45,904 nucleotides of DNA from Deltaproteobacteria bacterium. Its GTDB lineage: Bacteria; Desulfobacterota; Deferrimicrobia; Deferrimicrobiales; Deferrimicrobiaceae. Every line of letters starts with the position of its first letter. Within the stretch, counting starts at the first letter, position 1. Below the pieces are notes generated by a model. That model searched no databases, had not been told where the DNA came from, and saw only the letters and a program-made list of their open reading frames with translations. Both the position numbers and the translations under genes were made by a program. This document shows, piece after piece, positions 37,736-45,904 of this stretch. The DNA is taken from assembly GCA_017889845.1 (NCBI GenBank), contig JAGGAJ010000001.1, forward strand, positions 1 through 45,904, in the 5' to 3' direction.

Positions 37736-38104
37736 CTAGAATTCCAGGCCGGATTCCCGGGCACCCTCGGCCAGCGCCTTGACGCGGCCATGGTAGAGGA
37801 ACCCGTTCCGGTCGAACACGACCCGGTGGATGTTCTTCTCGATCGCCTTCTTCCCGATCAGCTGCCCCACCTTTTTCGCCGCGTCGCTCTTGTCGAGCTC
37901 GACGATCTCCGGCCGGATCTCCGGGGAGAGGGTGGAAGCCGCAATGATGGTGGAGCCGGTCGAGTCGACCACCAGCTGCGCGTAGATGTGCTTGGCGCTG
38001 CGGAAGACCGAGAGGCGGGGGCAGCGCTCCGTCCCGAAGATCCGCTTGCGGATCCGGGCCTTCCGGTTCTGGCGTGCGGTTTCCCGCTGATTCTTCTGTC
38101 CCAT
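37736..38104 (-). CDS. rplR: 50S ribosomal protein L18
   Basis: 122 aa with [15 protein letters not shown] and [17 protein letters not shown]. Confidence 0.95.
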   Translation of the reverse strand: MGQKNQRETARQNRKARIRKRIFGTERCPRLSVFRSAKHIYAQLVVDSTGSTIIAASTLSPEIRPEIVELDKSDAAKKVGQLIGKKAIEKNIHRVVFDRNGFLYHGRVKALAEGARESGLEF

Positions 38105-38149
38105 GGCTTTTTCGATCCCCGTCGTATTCGGATTGCCCGTTTGGTCCCT

Positions 38150-38683
38150 TTACTTGCCTGCAGCCTTCCCGACCTTCTTGATCAGGCGTTCCCCCCGGTA
38201 CCGGATCCCCTTGTTCTTGTACACGTCCGGGCTGCGGAGGCGACGGATCCGGGCGGCCGTCTCCCCGACCAGCTCCTTGTCGGTCCCGGTGACCCTGATC
38301 ACCGTGGGGGACTCCAGCTCCGCGTCTATCCCTTCCGGGAGCGGAAACGGCACCGGGTGCGAATATCCGAGCGTCAGCTGGAGCGCTCGCGGTTTCTTCT
38401 CCGCCTTGTACCCCACGCCGACGATCTCGAGGGTCTTCGTGAACCCCTCGGTGACTCCCTGCACCATGTTGGACAGGAGGGTGCGGTACATCCCGAAGAG
38501 GTTTCCCGCCCCCTCGCCGGTCACGGCGACGGTCGCGGTCCCCTCCTTCACCTCGACGGAGACCTTCCCCGGGATGGAGCGGCGGAGCTGCCCCTTCTTC
38601 CCCGTGACGGTCAGCTCCCCGTCCCCGACTTCCACCTTCACGCCGGCGGGGATGGCCACCGGCTTTTTCCCGATTCTCGACAT
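38150..38683 (-). CDS. rplF: 50S ribosomal protein L6
   Basis: 177 aa: MSRIGKKPVAIPAGVKVEV.... Confidence 0.96.
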   Translation of the reverse strand: MSRIGKKPVAIPAGVKVEVGDGELTVTGKKGQLRRSIPGKVSVEVKEGTATVAVTGEGAGNLFGMYRTLLSNMVQGVTEGFTKTLEIVGVGYKAEKKPRALQLTLGYSHPVPFPLPEGIDAELESPTVIRVTGTDKELVGETAARIRRLRSPDVYKNKGIRYRGERLIKKVGKAAGK

Positions 38684-38719
38684 CGTTGCGCTCCTCCGGG
38701 AACCTATCCCCTTTGCGTC

Positions 38720-39121
38720 CTACCAGACCTCGCAGAGAAGCTCGCCGCCGATGGAGAGCTTCTTCGCCTTCTCCCCCGTCATGACGCCCCTCGACGTGGA
38801 GAGGATCGCGATGCCGAACCCGTTCTTCACCGTCGGGATGTCGTCCTTTCCGACGTAGACCCTGCGCCCCGGCCGGCTCACCCGGCGGATCCCCTTGATC
38901 GCGTATCCGGTGTCGGGAGACGCCTTCAGGGAGATCCGGAGGCGGTTCGCTGGCGGGTCGGCGACGACGCGGAACCCCTTGATGAATCCCTCCTCCTTCA
39001 GGATCTGCGCGATGTCCTGCAGGATGTTCGTCGTGGGGAGCTCCAGCTGCTCGAACCGGGCCGTCTGGGCGTTCCGGAGCCGCGTCAGGAGATTCGAGAT
39101 GTGGTCGTCGATGGCGGCCAT
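38720..39121 (-). CDS. rpsH: 30S ribosomal protein S8
   Basis: 133 aa with DHISNLLTRLRNA and GILSTSRGVMT. Confidence 0.96.
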   Translation of the reverse strand: MAAIDDHISNLLTRLRNAQTARFEQLELPTTNILQDIAQILKEEGFIKGFRVVADPPANRLRISLKASPDTGYAIKGIRRVSRPGRRVYVGKDDIPTVKNGFGIAILSTSRGVMTGEKAKKLSIGGELLCEVW

Positions 39122-39130
39122 CGCTCCCCC

Positions 39131-39316
39131 CTACCAGCTCGCCTTGACCACGCCCGGGAGCTCGCCGCGGAGAGCGAGTTCCCTGAGGCAGATCCGGCAC
39201 AGCTGGAACTTCCGGTAGAATGCGCGCGGCCTGCCGCAGCGCGGGCACCGGTTGTATTTCCGGACCCCGAACTTCGGGGTGCGTCTTGCCTTGGCGATGA
39301 TCGATTTCTTTGCCAA
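39131..39316 (-). CDS. rpsN: 30S ribosomal protein S14, type Z (zinc form)
   Basis: 61 aa: [10 protein letters not shown]...CPRCGRP...CRIC...ASW. TTG start after GAGAGGAGAG. Confidence 0.94.
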   Translation of the reverse strand: MAKKSIIAKARRTPKFGVRKYNRCPRCGRPRAFYRKFQLCRICLRELALRGELPGVVKASW

Positions 39317-39345
39317 CGTCGGCTCTCCTCTCTCCCGCTCTCGCG

Positions 39346-39885
39346 TTACGCCCGGAAGGGCATGCCCATCAGCTTCAGGAGTTCCAGGCCTTCCTCGTCG
39401 GTCCGCGCCGTGGTCACGATGGTGATGTTCATGCCGCGGATCTTGTCGATCTTGTCGTAGTTCACCTCGGGGAAGATGATCTGCTCCTTCACGCCGAGGG
39501 TATAGTTCCCGCGGCCGTCGAATCCTTTCGGGGTCACCCCCTTGAAGTCGCGGACGCGGGGAAGGGCGATCGCCATCAGCTTGTCGAGGAAGTGGTACAT
39601 CCGTTCGCGCCGCAGCGTCACCATGACGCCGATGGGAACACCGGCGCGCAGCTTGAAGTTCGCGATGCTCTTCCTCGCCTTCGTAACGACGGGCCTCTGC
39701 CCCGTGATCACGCCGATCTCCTCGGCCGCAGAGTCGATGACCTTGATGTTCTCGATCGCGTCCCCGAGCCCCATGTTCACGATGACCTTCGACAGGCGGG
39801 GCACCTGCATGACGTTCCGGTAGCCGAACTTCGTCTTCAGCTTCGGAACGACCTCGGCCTTGTAGTGGTCCTGCAGTCTCGGCAT
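39346..39885 (-). CDS. rplE: 50S ribosomal protein L5
   Basis: 179 aa: [31 protein letters not shown].... Confidence 0.96.
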   Translation of the reverse strand: MPRLQDHYKAEVVPKLKTKFGYRNVMQVPRLSKVIVNMGLGDAIENIKVIDSAAEEIGVITGQRPVVTKARKSIANFKLRAGVPIGVMVTLRRERMYHFLDKLMAIALPRVRDFKGVTPKGFDGRGNYTLGVKEQIIFPEVNYDKIDKIRGMNITIVTTARTDEEGLELLKLMGMPFRA

Positions 39886-39925
39886 TTCCGGTCTCCCAGG
39901 TCCGCCCGCGGGCGGTAGGTTCCTG

Positions 39926-40264
39926 TTACCTCTTCTTGGCCTCGAGGACGTCGCCGCACCGCTTGCACACGCGGGAGCGCTTTCCCCCGGGATCCAGCTG
40001 CATCCCGATCCGGGTCGGCTTGTTGCACTTGTCGCACATCACCAGGACGTTGGAGAACGCCAGGGGCGCCTCCTTCTCCACGATACCGCCCTGGGGGTGG
40101 GCCTTCCCGGGCTTTATGTGCCGCTTCACCAGGTTGAGTTTCTCGACGAAGATCCGCCCGTTCGTCCGGTCGACCTTGAGGACCCGCCCGACTTTTCCCT
40201 TCTCCCGGCCGGTGATCACCTTGACGATGTCGTTCTTCCGGATGTGCACCTTCGCGGTTTCCAT
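39926..40264 (-). CDS. rplX: 50S ribosomal protein L24 (with CxxC...CxxC)
   Basis: ATG at 40264 ([26 protein letters not shown]). A GTG at 40282 overlapping the rplN TGA is an alternative start. The C-terminal part reads [11 protein letters not shown]...CKRCG. Confidence 0.92.
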   Translation of the reverse strand: METAKVHIRKNDIVKVITGREKGKVGRVLKVDRTNGRIFVEKLNLVKRHIKPGKAHPQGGIVEKEAPLAFSNVLVMCDKCNKPTRIGMQLDPGGKRSRVCKRCGDVLEAKKR

Positions 40265-40278
40265 GTCGCCCCCCCGGC

Positions 40279-40647
40279 TCACAGGACTTCCGGCGCCAGG
40301 GAGATGATCTTCATGAACTTCCTGGCGCGCAGCTCGCGGGCGACGGGCCCGAATATGCGGGTCCCGACGGGCTCGCCCTGCGGATTGATGAGGACGGCGG
40401 AGTTCTGGTCGAAACGGAGGTAGCTGCCGTCCGCCCGCCCGACCTCCTTCACGGTCCGGACGACCACCGCCTTGTAGACGTCCCCCTTCTTCACCTTCCC
40501 GTGGGGGATCGCCTCCTTCACGCTCACGACGATGATGTCGCCCACGGTGGCATACCGTCGCCGGCTGCCGCCCAGCACCTTGATGCAGCAGAGACGCTTC
40601 GCGCCGGAGTTGTCGGCGGCGTCGAGCATGGTTTGCATCTGGATCAT
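40279..40647 (-). CDS. rplN: 50S ribosomal protein L14
   Basis: 122 aa: [27 protein letters not shown].... Confidence 0.97.
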   Translation of the reverse strand: MIQMQTMLDAADNSGAKRLCCIKVLGGSRRRYATVGDIIVVSVKEAIPHGKVKKGDVYKAVVVRTVKEVGRADGSYLRFDQNSAVLINPQGEPVGTRIFGPVARELRARKFMKIISLAPEVL

Positions 40648-40682
40648 GGCCTTCGCTCCACGACGGGGATTTGCCGGCTACC

Positions 40683-40967
40683 TTACCGTACCGCGGGCCG
40701 CTCGATCAGCCGGGAGACGCGCCACCGCTTTTCCTTGCTCAGGGGCCGGGTCTCGATGATCTCCACGCGATCGCCGACCTGGTACTCGTTCTTCTCGTCG
40801 TGCGCCTTGTAGGTGGAGCGGCGCTTGACGTACTTCTTGTAGACGGGGTGCGCGACCAGCCGTTCCACGCGGACCACCACCGTCTTGTCCATCTTGTCGC
40901 TGACCACCGTCCCGACCTTGTGCTTCCGGGCTCCCCGGTCGCTCTCCATGGCATTCCCCGCCGTCAT
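40683..40967 (-). CDS. rpsQ: 30S ribosomal protein S17
   Basis: Contains [18 protein letters not shown]. Start at Met1 (40967) or Met7 (40949). Confidence 0.93.
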   Translation of the reverse strand: MTAGNAMESDRGARKHKVGTVVSDKMDKTVVVRVERLVAHPVYKKYVKRRSTYKAHDEKNEYQVGDRVEIIETRPLSKEKRWRVSRLIERPAVR

Positions 40968-40968
40968 G

Positions 40969-41169
40969 TCAGTTCGCCTTTCCTTCCGACTTCGCCCGCA
41001 GGAACGTGATCACCCGGGCCAGGTCCCGGCGCCGGTTGCGGATCAGCATCTTGTTCTCCAGCGCGGAGGCGCTGCGCTTCATCTTCAGCCGGAAGATCTC
41101 GTCCCGGAGCTCCCGCTCCTTCTGCCGGAGCTCTTCCGCCGCCAGGTCCCGGGCTTCCTTCCTTTTCAT
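40969..41169 (-). CDS. rpmC: 50S ribosomal protein L29
   Basis: In-frame tail of ORF 40969..41466, starting at [30 protein letters not shown]...; 66 aa. Confidence 0.92.
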   Translation of the reverse strand: MKRKEARDLAAEELRQKERELRDEIFRLKMKRSASALENKMLIRNRRRDLARVITFLRAKSEGKAN

Positions 41170-41174
41170 GGCCC

Positions 41175-41585
<411 letters not shown>

Positions 41586-41598
41586 CGTTGCCGATCTC

Positions 41599-42255
41599 CT
41601 ATTCGTTGATGGCCGGGGTCGAAGGCGCCGACGGCAGCACCTCGCCCTTGTAGATCCACACCTTCACGCCGATGATCCCGTAGGTGGTGCGCGCCTGTGC
41701 GAATCCGTAGTCGATGTCCGCCCGCAGGGTGTGAAGGGGGACGCGGCCCTCGCGGTACCACTCCGTCCGGGACATCTCCGCCCCGCCGAGGCGCCCGGCA
41801 ACCTGGATCTTGATCCCCTTCGCCCCCAGCTTCATCGAGGAGAGAACGGTCTTCTTCATCGCCCGCCGGAATGCCACTCGCCGCTCCAGCTGCATCGCCA
41901 CGTTCTCCGCCGTCAGCTGCGCGTCCGTTTCCGGCCGCCGGATCTCCAGGATGTTGATCGAGACGTCCCGCGTCGTGAGCTTCTGGATGTCCTTCTTCAG
42001 GTTCTCGATCTCGGCGCCCTTCTTCCCGATGACGATCCCCGGGCGTGCGGTGGAGATGAGGATGTTGACGCGGTTCGAGCGGCGCTCGATCTCGATGGAG
42101 GAGACCCCCGCGTGGCTCAGCCGGCCCTTCACGTACGACCGGATCCGGAGGTCCTCCTGGAGCTGGGCGGCATAGTCCTTCTCGGAGTACCAGCGGGAAC
42201 GCCAGCTCTTGATGATCCCCAGCCGGAAGCCGTACGGATGTGTCTTCTGTCCCAA
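41599..42255 (-). CDS. rpsC: 30S ribosomal protein S3
   Basis: 218 aa with the universal N-terminus [13 protein letters not shown]. The first codon is TTG, 6 nt after AGGGAGG. Confidence 0.96.
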   Translation of the reverse strand: MGQKTHPYGFRLGIIKSWRSRWYSEKDYAAQLQEDLRIRSYVKGRLSHAGVSSIEIERRSNRVNILISTARPGIVIGKKGAEIENLKKDIQKLTTRDVSINILEIRRPETDAQLTAENVAMQLERRVAFRRAMKKTVLSSMKLGAKGIKIQVAGRLGGAEMSRTEWYREGRVPLHTLRADIDYGFAQARTTYGIIGVKVWIYKGEVLPSAPSTPAINE

Positions 42256-42290
42256 AACCCGCCTCCCTGTTCCGCTATCTGATATGCCAA

Positions 42291-42360
42291 GGCGTAAAAT
42301 GATCCGGTTCGAAAACAGGATGGGGTGCCAGCATATTTTCGAATCGGGCCATTTTACGCC
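42291..42360 (-). repeat. ~70-nt imperfect inverted repeat / RNA hairpin in the rplV-rpsC spacer
   Basis: The arms are GGCGTAAAATGATCCGGTTCGAAAAC (42291-42316) and ATTTTCGAATCGGGCCATTTTACGCC (42335-42360). They are complementary at 22 of 26 positions, with an 18-nt loop. The right arm contains the rplV stop codon. The local GC content is clearly below that of the flanks. Confidence 0.7.
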
Positions 42361-42686
42361 TCGTCGACGATGATCGTGATGTGGCTGGTGCGCCGCCGGT
42401 ATTTGTGCGCCCGGCCCATCGGCGCGGGACGGAACCGTTTCTGCGAGGTGCCCACGTTCACGTAGGCGCTCTTGACGTACAACATGTCCGTGTCGATGAC
42501 GCCGGTCTGCCCGGCGTTCGCCACTGCCGAGTCGAGGACCTTCTTCACCGTCGCGGCGGACGCCTTCTTCGCCAGGGAGAGGATCGTCCGGGCCTCGGCG
42601 ATCTTCTTCCCGCGGATCAGGTCCACCACGAGGCGCGCCTTCCTCGGGGAGACGCGCATGAACTTGGCTGTCGCGGTCGCTTCCAT
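42354..42686 (-). CDS. rplV: 50S ribosomal protein L22
   Basis: 110 aa: [27 protein letters not shown].... Confidence 0.96.
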   Translation of the reverse strand: MEATATAKFMRVSPRKARLVVDLIRGKKIAEARTILSLAKKASAATVKKVLDSAVANAGQTGVIDTDMLYVKSAYVNVGTSQKRFRPAPMGRAHKYRRRTSHITIIVDEA

Positions 42687-42713
42687 CGCCTTCGCTCTCC
42701 TTCCTCCCCGCCC

Positions 42714-42995
42714 TTACTTCTTCACCTTGGCCTTGCGGTCGCCCGAGTGGCCGTGGAACGTCCGCGTCGGGGAGAACTCGCCGAGCTTGTGCCCCACCAT
42801 GTTTTCCGTGACGAAGACGGGCATGAACTTCCGGCCGTTGTGGACGGCGAAGGTGTGCCCCACCATCTCGGGCGTGATGGTGGACCGCCGGGACCAGGTC
42901 TTGATGACTTTCTTGTCCCCGGTCTCCACGGCCCTGCGCAGCTTCCGTGCCAGACCTTCCTCCACGTACGGTCCCTTCTTGATGGATCGCGCCAC
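42714..42995 (-). CDS. rpsS: 30S ribosomal protein S19
   Basis: 93 aa: [13 protein letters not shown]...; GTG start. Confidence 0.96.
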   Translation of the reverse strand: MARSIKKGPYVEEGLARKLRRAVETGDKKVIKTWSRRSTITPEMVGHTFAVHNGRKFMPVFVTENMVGHKLGEFSPTRTFHGHSGDRKAKVKK

Positions 42996-43016
42996 GTCCG
43001 TTGCCTCTTCTTTCCG

Positions 43017-43841
43017 TTATTTCCCGCGCCGCTTGACGATGTAGCGGTCCGTCGCGGGGTTCTTGCGCGTCTTATACCCCTTCGTGGGCTTCCCCCAGGG
43101 AGTGCAGGGGTGTCGGCCTCCGGAGGAGCGCCCCTCGCCGCCTCCCAGCGGGTGGTCGACGGGATTCATCGCCACGCCGCGGACGGTCGGGCGGATTCCC
43201 ATCCAGCGGCTGCGGCCGGCCTTGCCCAGGGAAACCTTCTCGTGGTCGAGGTTCCCGACCTGGCCCACGGTCGCCATGCATTCCATGAACACGAGCCGCA
43301 CTTCGCCGGAGGCAAGCCGCAGGTGGGCGTACTGCCCCTCCTTGGCGAGGATCTGCACGACCGTGCCTGCGGACCGGGCGATCTGCCCGCCCTTGCCGAC
43401 CTTGAGCTCGACGTTGTGCACCAGGGTGCCCACCGGGATGTTCCGGATCGGGAGGGCGTTCCCCGGCTTGATGTCCGCCCCGGCGCCGGTGACGACCGTG
43501 TCTCCGACCGACAGGCCCACCGGGCACAGGATGTACCGTTTCTCGCCGTCCGCGTAGTGGAGCAGCGCGATCCGGGCGGACCGGTTCGGGTCGTACTCGA
43601 TTGCCGCCACCGTCGCCGGGATGTCCACCTTGTTCCGCTTGAAATCGATGATCCGGTACCTGCGCTTGTGCCCTCCCCCGCGGTGCCAGACGGTGGTCTC
43701 CCCGAGGTTGTTCCGGCCCCCGCTCCCCTTCAGGCTTTCGGTGAGCGCCCGCTCGGGTTTCTTTGGGGTCAGGTCCTCCGTGGTGAGGACCGTCATGCCC
43801 CGCCGCCCGGGGGATGTCGGCTTGTATTTGCGGATAGCCAT
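43017..43841 (-). CDS. rplB: 50S ribosomal protein L2
   Basis: 274 aa: [17 protein letters not shown]...GGGEGR.... Confidence 0.97.
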   Translation of the reverse strand: MAIRKYKPTSPGRRGMTVLTTEDLTPKKPERALTESLKGSGGRNNLGETTVWHRGGGHKRRYRIIDFKRNKVDIPATVAAIEYDPNRSARIALLHYADGEKRYILCPVGLSVGDTVVTGAGADIKPGNALPIRNIPVGTLVHNVELKVGKGGQIARSAGTVVQILAKEGQYAHLRLASGEVRLVFMECMATVGQVGNLDHEKVSLGKAGRSRWMGIRPTVRGVAMNPVDHPLGGGEGRSSGGRHPCTPWGKPTKGYKTRKNPATDRYIVKRRGK

Positions 43842-43871
43842 CTTCGTCTCTCCTTCGGCGGGGGCGCCCCG

Positions 43872-44159
43872 TCAGACGCCCTCGAAGAACTCGATCTTGT
43901 CGCCTTCCTTCAGTGTGACCACGGCCTTCTTCCAGCCGGGGCGGAGACCCACCGTGCGGCCGCGGCGCTTCACCTTCCCTGCCACGATCATCGTCCGGAC
44001 GTCGACGACCTTCACCTTGAACATCTTCTCCACCGCTTCCCGGACCTCTTTCTTGTTGGCGCGGGTGTCGACGGCAAACAGCACGGCGTTGGACGTTCCC
44101 TTCATGAGCGTCGCCTTCTCGGTGATCAGCGGCCGCTTGATGACGTCGGAGAGGTTCAT
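43872..44159 (-). CDS. rplW: 50S ribosomal protein L23
   Basis: 95 aa: MNLSDVIKRPLITEKAT.... ATGA overlap with the rplD stop. Confidence 0.96.
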   Translation of the reverse strand: MNLSDVIKRPLITEKATLMKGTSNAVLFAVDTRANKKEVREAVEKMFKVKVVDVRTMIVAGKVKRRGRTVGLRPGWKKAVVTLKEGDKIEFFEGV

Positions 44160-44779
44160 TTCCCCAGCACCTCGCTGATCTTCTCCAGCGCCGCGCGGGT
44201 CAGCACCAGCTGGTCGTAAGAGAGGACGTCGTAGACGTTGATGGCCGAGACCGGAATCGTCTTGAAGGCCTTGAGGTTCCGCACGCCGAGTTCCAGGTTC
44301 TCTGGAGCCCCGTCGAAGACGAGCAGCGCGTCGGTCAGCCCGAGGGCGGCGGCGACCTTGAGGAAATCCCGGGTCTTCGGGGCGGGGAGGGAGAGGTCCT
44401 CGACGAGGATCAGCTTGTTCCCCTTCGCCTTCGCGCTCAGCGCGCTGCAGAGCGCCGCGCGTGTCTCCTTCCGGTTCACCTTCACGTCGTACGCGCGGGG
44501 GTGGGGGCCGAACACGGTCCCTCCACCGCGGAGGAGCGGGGAGCGCGTCGTCCCCATCCGGGCGCGGCCCGTACCCTTCTGGCGGAACGGCTTCTTTCCT
44601 CCCCCGGAGACGTCGCTGCGGGTCTTCGTCTGGTGGGTCCCGGCGCGGCGCCCCGCCAGCTGGGCGACCACGACGCGGTGCAGCAAGTGGCCCTTCACCT
44701 CGGTCCCGAAGACGGCGTCCGGCAGTTCCGCCGTCCCCGCCGCCTTCCGTTCCCTGTCCACGATCTCCACGGTAGCCAT
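44156..44779 (-). CDS. rplD: 50S ribosomal protein L4
   Basis: ORF 44156..44797 trimmed to the ATG at 44779 (MATVEIVDRERKAAG...), 6 nt after AAGGAG. Contains KPFRQKGTGRAR. Confidence 0.94.
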   Translation of the reverse strand: MATVEIVDRERKAAGTAELPDAVFGTEVKGHLLHRVVVAQLAGRRAGTHQTKTRSDVSGGGKKPFRQKGTGRARMGTTRSPLLRGGGTVFGPHPRAYDVKVNRKETRAALCSALSAKAKGNKLILVEDLSLPAPKTRDFLKVAAALGLTDALLVFDGAPENLELGVRNLKAFKTIPVSAINVYDVLSYDQLVLTRAALEKISEVLGK

Positions 44780-44789
44780 CTCGCGCTCC

Positions 44790-45425
44790 TTAGACACCCT
44801 TCTTGACGGCCCGGCGGACGAAGACCAGGCTGTTCTTCGCGCCCGGGACGGCTCCCCGGACGAGCAGGAGATTCTTCTCGAGCTGCACGCCGACGACCCG
44901 GAGGTTGAGGATCGTAACCCGCTCGCTCCCGTAGTGGCCCGCCATCTTGATGTTCTTGATGACCCGGGACGGCCAGGCCGAGGCGCCGATCGACCCCGGG
45001 GCGCGGTGGAACATGGAACCGTGGGTGGCGCGCCCGCCTTTGAAGTTCCAGCGCTTCACGACACCCGCGAACCCCCGCCCCTTGGTGTGCCCCATCACGT
45101 CGACCACGTCGCCTTCCTTGAAGATGTCGACCTTGATCTCGGCGCCCACGTCGAGGGGGTCGCTCCCCTCGAGACGGATCTCCTGGAGGGCACGGAACGT
45201 CCCCTTCCCGGCCTTCTGGAAGTGCCCCAGCATGGGCTTGCCGACCTTGTGGGCCCTGGCCGCCCCGAAGCCGATCTGGACGGCCTCGTACCCGTCCCGC
45301 TGGGCCGTCTTCCGCTGGATCACGGTGCACGGCCCCGCCTCGATCACGGTCACCGGGATGACCTTCCCTTCCGTGTCGAACACCTGGGTCATGCCCAGCT
45401 TTTTCCCCAATATTCCGGTCGTCAT
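44790..45425 (-). CDS. rplC: 50S ribosomal protein L3
   Basis: Starts [17 protein letters not shown]... from the ATG at 45425. A GTG at 45434 is an alternative start. Confidence 0.94.
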   Translation of the reverse strand: MTTGILGKKLGMTQVFDTEGKVIPVTVIEAGPCTVIQRKTAQRDGYEAVQIGFGAARAHKVGKPMLGHFQKAGKGTFRALQEIRLEGSDPLDVGAEIKVDIFKEGDVVDVMGHTKGRGFAGVVKRWNFKGGRATHGSMFHRAPGSIGASAWPSRVIKNIKMAGHYGSERVTILNLRVVGVQLEKNLLLVRGAVPGAKNSLVFVRRAVKKGV

Positions 45426-45468
45426 GTCTCGCACCCGCTTCCGTTCTCGGTCGTTGTCGTCGTACCGG

Positions 45469-45783
45469 TTACAGCTTGATCTCGACTTCCACTCCCGCCG
45501 GCAGGTCGAGCTTCATCAGCGCGTCGATCGTCGCTCCGGGCGGTTCGTGGATGTCCAGCAGCCGCTTGTGCGTCCGGATTTCGAACTGCTCCCTGCTCTT
45601 CTTGTCCACGTGCGGGGAGCGGTTGACCGTGAACCGCTCGATCTGGGTCGGGAGGGGGATCGGTCCCGCGACCTTCGCCCCGGTCTGACGCGCCTTTTCG
45701 ACGATCTCTCCGGTCGCCTTGTCCAGAAGCTTGTAGTCGAAGGCCTTCAGCCGGATCCGGATCTTCTGGTGCTCAATCGCCAC
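45469..45783 (-). CDS. rpsJ: 30S ribosomal protein S10
   Basis: 104 aa: [21 protein letters not shown]...; GTG start after GAAGGGGGGG. Confidence 0.96.
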   Translation of the reverse strand: MAIEHQKIRIRLKAFDYKLLDKATGEIVEKARQTGAKVAGPIPLPTQIERFTVNRSPHVDKKSREQFEIRTHKRLLDIHEPPGATIDALMKLDLPAGVEVEIKL

Positions 45784-45813
45784 GTCGATGCCCCCCCTTC
45801 GGGTCCCTGTTCC

Positions 45814-45904
45814 CTACTCGGTGATTTCCGCGACGACTCCGGCGCCCACGGTGCGGCCGCCCTCGCGGATCGCGAACCGCAGCTCCTTCTCCATCGCCAC
45901 CGGG
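45814..45904 (-). CDS. tuf: elongation factor Tu, C-terminal 30 codons only (5' part outside window)
   Basis: Minus-strand translation at the window edge gives ...PVAMEKELRFAIREGGRTVGAGVVAEITE*. The tuf-rpsJ synteny is conserved. Confidence 0.9.
   Translation of the reverse strand, partial: PVAMEKELRFAIREGGRTVGAGVVAEITE

Overview
GC-rich (roughly two-thirds G+C by eye) bacterial chromosomal window. All of the roughly 58 CDS I can support lie on the minus strand.

In transcription order (high to low coordinates):
- the 3' end of tuf;
- a complete S10-spc-alpha ribosomal cluster (rpsJ to rplQ, including secY, adk, map, infA, rpmJ, rpoA), closed by a strong intrinsic terminator;
- an iron module: fur, feoB, a 68-aa Cys-rich ORF, and a dtxR-like regulator;
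- a PEGA-domain secreted protein, ftsB, and a membrane GAF-GGDEF cyclase;
- a ~19 kb almost gap-free chain: argS, SPOR, trpE, trpGD, trpC, trpB2, trpF, trpB, trpA, accD, folC, lptD, rmlD, epimerase, lepA, lepB;
- a promoter plus PyrR attenuator, followed by pyrR, pyrB, pyrC and partial carA.

I found no rRNA, tRNA, CRISPR, transposase, integrase, phage or recognisable defence genes. The window is essentially core housekeeping, and I see no convincing large novel system.

The items most worth a second look:
1. The translationally coupled fur-feoB-ORF68-dtxR unit, with an unannotated 8-Cys mini-protein and no feoA or feoC.
2. A ~70-nt low-GC hairpin inside an abnormally long rplV-rpsC spacer.
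3. The 16-gene stop/start-overlapping chain of unrelated functions.
4. A TrpB2 paralog inside the trp operon.
5. TTG starts on five ribosomal protein genes.

The long plus-strand ORFs in the track are antisense shadows of the minus-strand genes. Many minus-strand track ORFs carry spurious N-terminal extensions, which I trimmed. Coordinates of non-CDS features are good to about +/-2 nt. LptD implies a Gram-negative (diderm) organism; I cannot establish any finer taxonomy from the sequence.
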